From Adineta vaga (taxonomy: Eukaryota; Animalia; Rotifera), in assembly GCA_021613535.1 (NCBI GenBank), contig CP075495.1, forward strand, positions 10,788,001 through 10,852,000: a stretch of 64,000 nucleotides of DNA, given 5' to 3'. Shown here piece by piece: positions 24,117 to 36,310 of this stretch; the stretch's first letter is position 1; each line of letters begins with the position of its first letter. The translations under genes were made by a program, and so were the position numbers. The notes beneath the pieces were generated by a model. That model was not told where the DNA came from. It saw only the letters and a list, made by a program, of their open reading frames with translations, and ran no database searches.

Positions 24117-25781
24117 GAAACAACGAAGAGATGAATTACTTCAAGAACAACAGAGACGTTCTACTGCTCATCAATTCGCACAAGGTAGTATTCAAATGCA
24201 AAGAATGGAACGTTGCAAAAATTGTTGTAAATCATTTACAACATTCATTTTTTCACGTGTTGGTCTTTGTTTACTTGTTGTTGCTTATGCATTTGGTGGT
24301 GGTATAGTATTTCAATCTCTTGAAGCCAATGCAGAAAATGCAAAAACAAACAAAGTTCAACAACATCTTGATATAACGGTGGAAAAATTATTTCTATATA
24401 GTATGAATTCAACAGTTTTATATCCAAGTAAATGGATGGATGAAGCGAAATTAATACTTGAACAATATCAAATAGGTATTGTTCAACAAACCAAACGTGG
24501 TTCTCAAGGTGAACGTATGACTGATGATGCAAAACAATGGACTTTTCCCGAAGCTATTCTTTATGCAATTACAGTTATTACAACAATTGGTATGCGGAGC
24601 AAAAAGAAATTTTTTGTTTTTAAAATCTTATTGAATTCATTCATTTGTTTGCTTCTCTTTTTATTTTAGGCTATGGACATATTACTTGGTATGTATTCAC
24701 AAAGGATTCAGTATAGGTTAATCAATTGAGTAAGAAGTATAGTTATTATCCTTGACTTGAGTAGATTTCCAGATTGAATTGATTAGTTCATAGACAATAA
24801 CAATAATAACTTAATGTCCATCTATTGATGACAGAATTATGTTTGTAATTGACATTAAGATGAGTTATATAAACATAAAACTGATTCTTTTGACATACAG
24901 CTGTTGAAAATGAACTTGACAAAGATATCTTGATTAGTTTGAATGACAGATGATGAATGATAAGTTCTCTTTTTTTTTCAATGAAAAAAAAACGAGAGGA
25001 AAAATTCAATTCTAGTAGGAAAAAAACGCATCACATATCATATTCTTTTCTAGTCAAACACCCTATGGGAAAATTATGACAATGATCTATGCAATCTTTG
25101 GTATACCTTTGATGCTCTTATGTTTGGCTAATATTGGTTCGACGATGGCGGATGCATTTCGTTTTATTTATTGCAACATATGCTGTTCATACTGTAATAT
25201 GGTAAAGAAACGTCGAAATTTACGTGCATTACAATCTGTCGAATTATCACATAATACAACCTCATCATCTTCAATTGGACCAACAAATAATCCAAATTCT
25301 CTTCAATCACCTTCAAGTCATCTTGAACAACCAGCAGCAACTAATGTTGTAGAATTCGTTGATAATTTAAGTATCGATTATCGTAAAGTTACCATACCGA
25401 TCAGTGTCACACTCTCGTTACTCTCATCCTATTTGATACTTGGCGCTGTACTTTTTAGCGAATGGGAAAATTGGAATTTTTTGGACGGTGCTTATTTTTG
25501 TTTTGTTACACTGGCAACGATCGGTTTAGGTAAAATATAGTTAAATAATCAAAAATTTTAATTTCTTTCTTTCTCTTTTTTTTTCTATAGGTGATCTTGT
25601 TCCAGGTAAATCTATTACATCAACTCAAGTCGAAGGTAAATTGATTATATGCGCTCTCTATGTTTTACTTGGTTTATCATTAATGGCTATGTGTTTTAAT
25701 TTGATGCAAGAAGAAGTTCGAGCCAAATTTCGACGTTTAGGAAATAAACTTGGAATTATTGATGATCCAAATTATTGGTAG
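24117..25781 (+). CDS. Two-pore-domain potassium channel (TWiK/TWK family), shared body
   Basis: 4 TM segments and two pore loops: WTFPEAILYAITVITTIGYGHIT and [25 protein letters not shown]. Stop TAG at 25779-25781. Confidence 0.95.
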
Positions 25782-25990
25782 TCGATTATAAAAAAAATTT
25801 AGTTCGATATCTTTTCATTAGATATTTTTTTCTCTCGTTTTGTTCAAAAAAATAACAATCACTATTGCTATTTGTTGTGTATTGCTTTATTTGTTGTTAT
25901 TTTATAGATTGAACTATTCTTTTCACATCTTTGTTGTTATTGAATTTTTGCTTTTTATTTCTGTCTCCTCACACTTTCTTCTTTTCATAA

Positions 25991-27384
25991 ATGTTTGAAG
26001 AACAAACGGATCAGTATCTAATTCATTCTGATGTATTCTCATCTAAAGAAGACAAATCCAACAATGATACATTGGTGAAAAGTTCTCTACAATTTCTTAT
26101 ATTATCAAATAATACGAATGAAAATATCAAATTTGATGATGATGGCGATCTTGATATAAATCGTCCAGAACGTCTGGATATTATCTTAGGTATTCATTTC
26201 GTTTATTTCAAGATATCCACAAACATTTACTTTGTATTTGTAAAATGTTAAACAAGATGATATCATTTTATAGAATAGATAAATCAAAACGAGAACGAGG
26301 AGTGTCAGTTGTTATCTTAGACATTGGAATAAAGATTGCTTTGTAATAACCTCGATGTGTCTTCTACTTTTAATTCATTTATCTTTTGTCAATAGTGTAG
26401 AAGAATAGATTTTTGATGAAGTTACGTATCATTTTTTTCTCTACCAATCAAACTTTATCGATACGCATGAGTGCCATCATAAGAACTGTTCATTGAATAG
26501 ACATTTATTTTCTGTATTAATAAAAATTCTTCGTTCTCTATTTCTGTTTAGTTCATCGTAATGAAACAAATATTGCTCAATGTGGATTCAGCTATGGAAT
26601 GGTGCATTACTTCTTTGCGATTTTTTATTAACAAATTCAAGTCGATTTTTAAATCGAATTATTTTTGAATTAGGTGCTGGAATTGGTCTTTGTACAATTG
26701 TTGCGAGTCGATTTGCATCAAGAATAATCTCTACTGGTATGTAAAAACGAATTTTGATTCATTCGTAATTAATATTCTTCATTTACAGATTATGATTCTG
26801 ATTTACTTGAAATTATTCGAGAAAATATGGAACTCAATGATGATATATGTCAAAAAGAAAAGATCGAAATAAAAAAATTTGATTGGAAACAATGTGATTG
26901 TGATAAAGTTGATGATAGAATTGAAATAATCATAGCAGCTGATGGTATGAAGGATTGATTTGTTTTTTTTTCTTTCTTAAGAATATCTTTCCTTTCGATT
27001 CATATGATTTAGTTGTGTACGATGATGATTTGACTGATGCATTATTTGATGTATTTATAAAATTATTTCAAACAAAATCTAATCTTCAATCCATTTATAT
27101 AACTATTGAAAAACGAATTAATTTCTATACGGAAACACTTTCAATTCAATGTCCAGCTTATGAATATTTTCTTGAAAAATTAACTGAATTGAAGAACAAA
27201 TATTCTCTGCTAATATTTGAAGAATTAAATACCGATTTACAATCAATTCAACAATGTACAACAATATATAATCGAACAAAAGAATTAGTAGGATTTTCTT
27301 TCGTTGAATATTTATTTTGAATTTGAAATTTATCTGTAATAGGTTCTTTGGCATATTTATCATTTGGAAAGATATTCAATATGA
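25991..27384 (+). pseudogene. METTL22: METTL22-like lysine methyltransferase, with a 1-nt frameshift at ~26587 as assembled
   Basis: Motifs HSDV, DDDGDLD, QLWNGALLLCDF, ELGAGIGL, IIAADVVYDDDLTDA and IEKRINF. The reading frame breaks at tgtgga-tt-cagctatgg. Confidence 0.8.
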
Positions 27385-27388
27385 ATTA

Positions 27389-27859
27389 TTAAGTATGATT
27401 ATTTATGAGATATGATGATGAACTTTTTAATCGACTTGGTTTTGTTAATTTAAGACGTTGTAATAAAGGATCATCATCATCATCATCATCATCGGATTCT
27501 TCATTTCTATTTGTTGAATATCGTTCTATTGATATCAATGGTGACATTGTCGAATGATCACCATGATCATATACACAATTGGTTGAATCATTTTTCCTAA
27601 TAGAAATATTTCTTCTATCTTCTACTAGAATTAATAATTGATTAATATAATTGATTAAATTTTCTAATTCATCTTGTTTTTGAATAGTTATTGAATGTAA
27701 CATTTGATAACGACGATCATAATGTTCGTATTCATTTCGAAGACGATGATATCGTTGAATTGTTGTTATGAAAAATATGATACTAGTTGAGAATGTAATC
27801 CAAGAAAATTTATTTCTGTATAGAATTTGTTTAACAAGAGAAAATAAATAGGACAACAT
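27389..27859 (-). CDS. Orphan protein: one predicted TM helix, a coiled-coil and a poly-Asp tract
   Basis: Single-exon ORF MLSYLFSLVKQ...WITFSTSIIFFITTIQ...QKQDELENLINYINQL...DDDDDDD. No family recognised. Confidence 0.55.
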   Translation of the reverse strand: MLSYLFSLVKQILYRNKFSWITFSTSIIFFITTIQRYHRLRNEYEHYDRRYQMLHSITIQKQDELENLINYINQLLILVEDRRNISIRKNDSTNCVYDHGDHSTMSPLISIERYSTNRNEESDDDDDDDDPLLQRLKLTKPSRLKSSSSYLINNHT

Positions 27860-27915
27860 CCATTTATTTATGTTACGTTTAAGCGAAATAATGCGCCTTT
27901 TTTCTTCTTTTTTAG

Positions 27916-30300
27916 ATGAAATTTTCAAAGAATTGGACTTGGCTTTTCTACTGTTTCATAACTTGTATCGATGGAAGAGATTGGCTTATTGATAAAATTA
28001 CTAATGTAACAACATTGACTACTACACCATTAGGTACATTACTTCTCTCGAATACTTTAATTAGTCGAGAATTTCTTCTTGAACCTGATTTTGCAACTAT
28101 TGATTTTCGTGATTTACATACTACCGATTCAAGTCTATTGCGATGCGTTAAACCTGAAGCTGTTATATCATTAGATGCTATTGAATATAATATCGGCGGT
28201 GTCAAACCAAATACTCAATGTGCTTATTTTAATCGAACTGATTTTTGGAAAAATAAACAATTGGATATTAAAGCATTCCATTTTTCAAACTATGAAGTTG
28301 GAATACCGAAAGCTCCATTTGCATATACACCAAAACGATTTGCTCCGAGTGATATACAGTGGCCACCAAAAGGTATTCATTTGAGTGTCTATTTCAAAGC
28401 TCCATATTATGCACCATTATCACATAAATATGTTACTGTGGTTGTTAATTATGAAATGTATGATGGTATACCATTACTCGTTAAATGGCTTGATGTTATT
28501 GATACAAGTGGTCGAGGTGATATTGATCTTTCATTTATTTCTGTAGAAATTCTAGCTGTTAATCAGCCATGGTAAGATATATTTTTTCATATCCATTGAT
28601 TAAACAGATACCACGAATTGCTCTTTAGGTCACCATTTGGTCATTCATGGTTATATGTTGAAGATAATCAAGCACCTGGACATGGTACTAATATTTTATG
28701 GACATATGATACTGAAATAGATACAATTCCAGGATCATTTCCACCATCAGTTAATTGTACATATCAGACTGATCATCGATTAATTGTCCCACTTGTAACA
28801 CAATTATCATCATTTCGTGTACATGAACTTGTGATTGGTTCATCCGATGTTGAACGTGTTGCACTCTCGAAACATCGTCTTTTTCGTTTATTAGCACCAC
28901 ATACACAAGAAAATCCAATCTTTTTCCATATGACTAATGGAAGTTCACCAGCATTTCGAGCAGCTATTGATCAAATGGCTGAAGTTGGTTTTGAAATGTT
29001 AATCTATTCGTTTGGTTCAGGTTTTGATATGGAATCAAATAATGAAAAATACCTTGAACAAATTACGAGTGATATTGCTTATGCAAAAAGTAAAAATATT
29101 GAAGTTGGTGGTTATGATTTGATTGCATTGACACGAGAAGTTCAACCATCATGGATGGCAATCGATCCGAATACGGGTAAACCACGTGATAGTGCATGTT
29201 TTGCATCTGGATGGTATGATTACTTATTAAATCGTACATTATCATTCATGGATCGTACTGGTTTAATTATGGTTGAAACAGATGGTCCATATGGTGGATA
29301 TTCATGTGCATCAACAACTCATACTCATCATCGAAATAATGATGATAGTATCTATCAACAAAATATCTTACAAGGAAATTATTATCGAATACTTCGAGAA
29401 CGTTCAGTTTATATTAATCAACCAGATGGTTATTTCTATGAAGGTGGTTCAAAAACTGGTATGGGATACAATGAAGAACAATATTCATTACCACGATGGA
29501 TGGATATAAGTGTTTCTAGGTAAGAATTTCAGCGGTTTCTATAAAACAAAAATCAGATTTTGAATCTCATTTAACTTTAGACAAGGAATGTTTGATGATA
29601 CATATCAACGAATACCCACAGTAGGTTGGATGTTTGTTCCATTAACTGTTTATCATGGCGGTGGTGCAGCTGCACAATTTGAACCACTTGTTGCACATCA
29701 AATCGAATATCAATGGGCATTAGCACAATATTTAGGTAAGATTGTGAAATTTTCATCATTATAGCTGAAAATTTGTTCGATAATAATCTTAGGTGCGGGT
29801 GTTGCTGCTTGTTATCGAGGATATCGTTTATACGATACTAATGAAACTAAAGCATTAGTAACAAAATGGGTTAATTTTTACAAAAAATATCGACCTATTC
29901 TTATTCGTGATATTATTCATGTAAGATAAAAACTATATTGTTGACTATTTCTTATTGACATTATTAATATGATAGGTTCGTCGAGCTGATATGCAATCCA
30001 TTGATAGTTATATGCATGTTGATCCATATTCTAATGATATTAAAGGTAGATTGGTTTCTTTTTAATTCATATATGAAATATAAAAATATTGAAATAGGCT
30101 TAGCCATGGTATTTAACCCTACATCAGATACAATAGATACAAATTTAGTTGTACCACTCTACTATACAGGTTTAACAGATATAGCACAAGTATCTGAACA
30201 AGAAAAAGCTTGGAAAAATTATACATTAGCTCGCGATTATCATATCGATCTACCTATATCTCTTCCAGCTCTTGGAATAACATGGTTTCTTATTAAATAA
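27916..30300 (+). CDS. Secreted glycoside-hydrolase-like protein (alpha-galactosidase-like, TIM-barrel type)
   Basis: Signal peptide; motifs DWLI, LSNTLISREF, TQENPIFFH, AIDQMAEVGFEMLIYSFGSGF, ETDGPYGG, GMGYNEEQYSLPR, GWMFVPLTVYHGGG, CYRGYRLYD, PLYYTGL; 5 short introns. Confidence 0.8.
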
Positions 30301-31000
30301 AAAGAAACGAATAATTCTAATAATCTGTATTTTTAATTTGAATAGTTACCTTTCTTTTTATTCATCACATATGATAAATCGTGACTTTGTACTGTGATAT
30401 TTATATTTTGATTTTGTAATTTGAAATTCACATTTTCTTTTGTCGTTCATATTTGAAATAAAATTCTTTAGTATTCTACTTCTTCGAATGACTAAAACTT
30501 TCCCTCTCTTATGTTATATATCAAGAACTAAATCAGCGTATGTTTTTTCTTAAACAATCATTAACACTAATCAATGAAGTAGAAGCGATGCATCATGCAT
30601 TCATAATTGAGATATTATATATATATATATATATTTATCTGTTTGTTTTATTTAACTTATAGTTTGCACATTAATACATAAACATTCAATGATAAAGGAC
30701 AAAAAAAAATAATAATATTAATACACATCAAAAAAAGAAAAAAAGGGGGAGAACAGAAAACTGGTGACAACAAACGATGTCATATGAATAGTCATGGCGA
30801 TTTTGAACTTCAACAAAAAATATAAATAGAAGAACGTGATTTGACATTAATTCACATTTATCAAAAGTAAAAACATAGTGAATAACTAACGTAGATCATT
30901 TCAAAATTCAAGCACTCGTTCATGGATTGACCTGTTATCTTTAACTGATTTTGTTTTTAATTTGAGTTATATATACAATTAAATGCTAATACTTCATAAT

Positions 31001-32606
31001 TTAGGCCAAATAAACTCTATTAATAGAAATGATTGTTGCTCGACATATGGGACCTAGAAAAAGAAAATATCGGATCACATTTTCAATGTCAATCTTGGAA
31101 ATAATATTTTCTCAACTTACATTGTCTTGTTCCACGTTGATGTAATTCATCTGCACATGAATAACATAAACAAATATGTCCACATGGAATAAGTACTGTA
31201 TCTCGGATTCGATCAAGACATACTGTACAATCATGACTTAATTTGGATTCAATTTCATTTTTAATATTACTACTCTGACTATCATTAATATTCTTATCTG
31301 TTAAAGATAAGTCTTGATTTTTTATGGATAAATTATTTGTCTGATATAGAGCTTGACATTTTTGAAGAGTTTTTAAATAACCCATTGAACGTACGGCAAC
31401 AATATCACCTTTGAAAACAAGAAATGGATAATAGATTAATGTTGGATCAACATGAATGAAATCTTTTAATTTTGAACCATTATGTGAATATTCAATAATA
31501 CCATTCTGATTATATGTAAATAAAAATTCATCATTACGATCGATAGTTGTTTTATTACTTAATTTGAAATCTTGTATAATCCAAAATTCTGAACGATGAT
31601 TGATTTGTTCGACATCTAATGGAATATTTCTTGTACGTAATAAATCTTTAATCATACAGTTTGTTAAACCGAATTGTAGATGTGATGATAAGGAATTCGA
31701 TGCTGATGCAGTTGTTGGTCGTAGACGAGTTTGATTCGAAGAAACAATACTTAGTATTTGTATGACTAAACCAGTATTTTCTGTTAATGGTTCGGAAAAA
31801 AAGACAAGACCTTCCGTATTTTTTGTATTATCAAATAAAACGATCGATTGATTTGGTTGTGTATTTGATTGTGAGGGAAAATATGTAACTGATGAATTAT
31901 GTACAGTTAGAAATGTCACTGGTAAAAGATCATTACGCATCTCTTTGAAATATGTTGTAGTGACTGCTGTATTGATATTTTGTAGTTGATCATTAAGTGG
32001 AACTGAACGCTGTTGAGGATCAGCAACTAGTTCAATACTTATACAATTTCCATAGATATCCAATAGACCCCATAGAGGTTCTTGCACGAATATTCCTTTA
32101 GAAAAAAAAGTAAAATTTTTTAATAAGAATCGATTTGAAAAGTATACTAACCTGTCAATAGAGAAATCTCACCAGTTGGTGTATTTAGAAATAATTCACC
32201 GTTTTCATCGACATAAAAATATGTTAATTTATTTGTAACATCAAAACAATTTTCCGGTACACATTTAGCCCAATAACCTTTGAAAACCAAAAGAAAGCTT
32301 TAAGAATCTTTTACGTTAAAGATATATACCAGGTCGACAAGTTAAATCTGGACACGCATGACGTGGCAATGATGTTGATGTTCGATGTGTATTTGGATCG
32401 CATGTTGTAACACCAAGACGAAGAAAACCTGTCCATTGAACACTTTTATTTAGCAGACGTACATAGATTTTTTCACGTATTTGGATTGTTCTATTACTGA
32501 AACAGATGCCTTTACAGAAACTATCTACACGCTTTGCTATTGTATTGCTTCGTGATAATTTTATATGTTCACCATGAACTAGATGAAATTGAATGGGTGA
32601 AATCAT
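31001..32606 (-). CDS. neur: Neuralized-like E3 ubiquitin ligase (NHR-NHR-RING)
   Basis: NHR1 FHLVHGEHIKL...FCKGICFSNR...LRLGVTTCDP...LWGLLDIYG; second NHR; C3HC4 RING CTVC...PCGHICLCYSC...CPICR. Confidence 0.9.
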
Positions 32607-33583
32607 TTTGCATTAAATTGATAGAAATAATAATGCGTAGTGAAAAATTTATGAAGGAATAAGAAGTAATAAGAAAAAAAACAACAAGTTACTGAATTGT
32701 CGTAAGAGCAACTAATGATCATGTTTACTGTCTTCTAAGGAAAGAAAAAGAGCTATTATTGATCGAAAGTTCACAATAGATGGCGTAAGACCACAATATG
32801 TGTTGATAGAATCAATTATAGATAACAGATTCAATTGTGATAATCCACTTCTTGTATAATATACATGAATAGATTAGATTTGTGTAAAATATGTGTCATG
32901 TTTGCATTTCATATGATTAAAATAGGATACTCTAGGAGAACGATTGAAACTTGATCATCATTACAGAAATCATCATATAAGACTTTTGCTCTTATCAAAA
33001 CAATAATGCATGAGTATTTCTGTGATCTAGGATTTTAACAAAGAATCGAATAGAATTCTTATTTGCAAAGTTTAAAATATCCTTACCTTGCCAAATACAT
33101 TTACTTTGCTTGACAGTCCCATTATGAATGACTATACAAATCCAAACTATAGTATAGTTCAGTTTAGTTTATCATTTTTCAAAACTTTCATATAAAATCT
33201 TTTTCAATCGATAAATTAGACTTCCTTTGCAATTATACGAAGTAATATTTATCGTTTATAGTATAAAACAAAAAACAAATGGATTGTACTGCACTCAGTG
33301 AGGTCGTACGTTGACATGAATATATAAAATCGATCAATTTGTTAACATTCCACGAAGATTTTTGTCAAACTCTATTCTACTTGCAAAAAAAAGAATTTAT
33401 TTATTTTTCTATTCATGAAGTTAATTCGAACATTTCTGACTGGACAATTCAAATGACCCATTGTAAAAAATAGTTTTGTTTATTTGTACCAAAATATTGC
33501 ACGTCTCTATTGACATAGTAAACTGTTGACATCTTGGAAGAAATCAATCGATATAGTTAGTCTTCACTTTGACATCTAGATTG

Positions 33584-34921
33584 ATGGCTTCAAATAATCA
33601 TTCTCAATTAACTATTGTTGAACCATTACGTTTTCATAAAGTTCATGGTGATCAAATAAGATTAAGTGAGAATAATACACGTGCAACTCGCGATCGTTTA
33701 AACAATACATTATTATTTACAAATCGACCTATTTTATCTCATGAAGTAGTACAGTTTTATATTGAAGAATTAACCAAAGATTATCATGGACTTATTCGAT
33801 TTGGCTTGACAACAATTGATCCAAATTCATTTACACAAGAAACCTTACCAAGATTAATGCCAGCTAATGATGCTCGTGATTGGTTTGTACCAACACTACA
33901 TAAATTACCAACTATCGAAAAGAATAAATGTATTCGTTTGAAATATACAGCTGAAGGTGATGTAAGTATTATGTTTTTGTTTTATCTATTGATATATTTG
34001 TAAATATGTTTTCTTATTCAGATCTATATTAATTTTGATCAAACAGATTTTGTTAAATGTTTAACTATATCTCCAATAACGAAAGATGTGTGGTGTACAC
34101 TTGATTTAAATGGAAGTGTTTCTCAAATTCGTCTTGTTCAAACGGAAGCACGTGTATTAGCTAATCCAGTTGAACGAGCACGATCACGTTATCTTCAATA
34201 TACAAATAATCGACAACAAGAAAATTCTTCCATATATTATAGTGGAGAATTATCGTCAGGTTTATTGATAATGAAAAATTGTGATGAACATTGTGAATTA
34301 TCAGATAATATTGCTGTTAAAAAATCTTCCACATCATCAGTTATTATTGATGAAAATCTTAAACGATGTATGTATATTGTTATGCAAATTCTTGATATGG
34401 ATCATACATTATCGACATATTTTACAATACGTTGTTTAACTGATGAAACATCATCGTCGGAACATACGAAATCAATTGATTCAACATTTGATCATATAAC
34501 ATTAGGTGATGAAATTGGTATTCGTGTACAACCAGAAGGACTTGTAACATTTTCATGTGATAATCGAAATGTTAAACCTTTATTTAATATCAATCTAAGT
34601 GTTAATGACAATCCTCAAGTTCAACAAACATCTTATCAATTAGAATTTATTCTGAATGGACGTGTTACTGGCCTTCGATTAGTTGGATTATATCGACCAA
34701 CTGACGCCGAAGCACGAACACTTCCACCAGCTATCGGTGGTGGATGTCTAGCAACCGTTTTAAACAAAGTATGTCCAAATGGTTTATCTGGTCTATTATT
34801 ACCATGTAGACATTTATGTGTTTGTTTCGATTGTGGACAGGCACTTATCAATAGACATACATGTCCAAATCTTAAATGTCGTAAACAGGTCGTTGGATGT
34901 ATAAAAGTATTTAAAGATTGA
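33584..34921 (+). CDS. Divergent neuralized paralogue (NHR, degenerate NHR, atypical RING)
   Basis: PLRFHKVHGDQIRLSENNTRATR...FTNRPI...IRFGLTTIDP...WCTLDLNG; C-terminal PCRHLCVCFDC...CPNLKCR; one intron at ~33962-34021. Confidence 0.85.
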
Positions 34922-35590
34922 GAAGTATTTCTTTCTTTTTGCATTGTTCAATAAATACTATTTTTTACACTATTTGTCTTTTCGTGATAATTGCTTGTGT
35001 GTCTGTGTGTGTGTGCATGTGTGTTTAAACGTCATATGGACGATAATTTAATAAAGGACAGTTTACTTGTTAAATAAAGTTAGAAAAAGCTCGTATTATT
35101 ATTATTAAGGCTAACACATCGTATTTAAGACGTATCAAAGTTTTCATTTGTTGCCTACACGGATAAAAGATTTCCCCTATATACGATTTACAGTCTTTCA
35201 TTTTGTCTGATGAAACAACAGTTTCAATTAATAAATGCTGAATCTCGTATATTTTCTTCGAACATGTAGAGTTATTTGAGTTGTATATCTCAATCGTATT
35301 TAACATTATATTATTTTCTAATAAAAAGAAGTCTCTTCTATGTCATTTCTGAATAGCAGTCACAAAGTCATATTATATCAACATGACTTCAATAGAGAAA
35401 GATAAAATCGGAAATGTTGTGATTTTCTAGCTGATAGAACTTACTTCGAAACAAATCTTCATTCTCTCTGAATATGCATACTCTTGGCAAGAAAGATTCA
35501 TTAATATGATAAACAATGAAAAAATCTCCTCTTTTCAAAGTTTGGAGATATTTTGGCCACAACCTATTCGATTTTGGAGTTTTACTTCTC

Positions 35591-35868
35591 TTCAATATTT
35601 CATGGTATTTAGATTTTATTCAACATGATCCTGTATGGCCTGAAACATCAGCTTGCTATCTTGTTTGGTAACCATGTAGGCATACATATGAATATAGATT
35701 GCCAGTATGTACTGCAGTACCGTGTCATCTCTTTCATCAAATTCTTGGACTTTGGAAAATCAGAATACATGGATGTTTATATACAATAATCATCGCTGTA
35801 TTTAGTATTGTACTTCCAATTCGTTGTAATTTAGTATACGTAAACGTCGACTCAATCAAGGAATTCAA
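35591..35868 (+). pseudogene. Probable rhodopsin-type GPCR pseudogene fragment
   Basis: FNISWYLDFIQHDPVWPETSACYLVW* PCRHTYEYRLPVCTAVPCH...LGLW..IHGCLYTIIIAVFSIVL, then a shifted KRRLNQGIQ. Resembles the TM2-ECL1 and ECL2-TM5-ICL3 parts of invertebrate GPCRs; has an in-frame stop, an apparent internal deletion and no start. Confidence 0.5.
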
Positions 35869-36310
35869 AGAATAGAATTCGAAGATTAGTACCCAGACAG
35901 ACAACACCAAGCAACAGTTGTTCTTCTATCTAGATGTGATGCGATACTTCCAACAATTCATTAACAAAACAAAACAAACGAAAACATATGATTATTCCAT
36001 GTATTTAATCTATCCATTTGTATGATTTACAAGCACTTCGTACACTAAATATTCTCAACAGAGTATATATTTTTTCTTTATCAAATACAAAAAAATTCAT
36101 TTCTAACAAAGTATGTATGTTCTTGCTAATACATTCTATTGAATTATTTTTCAATCTCACCTTATAAGGTATCTTTTACATCATGAATAACAGTTATTTA
36201 TATGTATATATATATATATATACATAATGTACTTGAAACAATCGACGAGAAGAAAAAAACACAATAACGAACATACTACTGTTAATAACTTTCATATTTG
36301 AAAGTTGAAA

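Noticed and set aside
33087-33122. Candidate myristoylated first exon MGLSSKVNVFGK|gtaagg for the - strand neuralized
   Set aside because: Phase 0, and no in-frame acceptor found: a stop lies three codons upstream of ATG 32606 and the nearest internal AG is phase 1.
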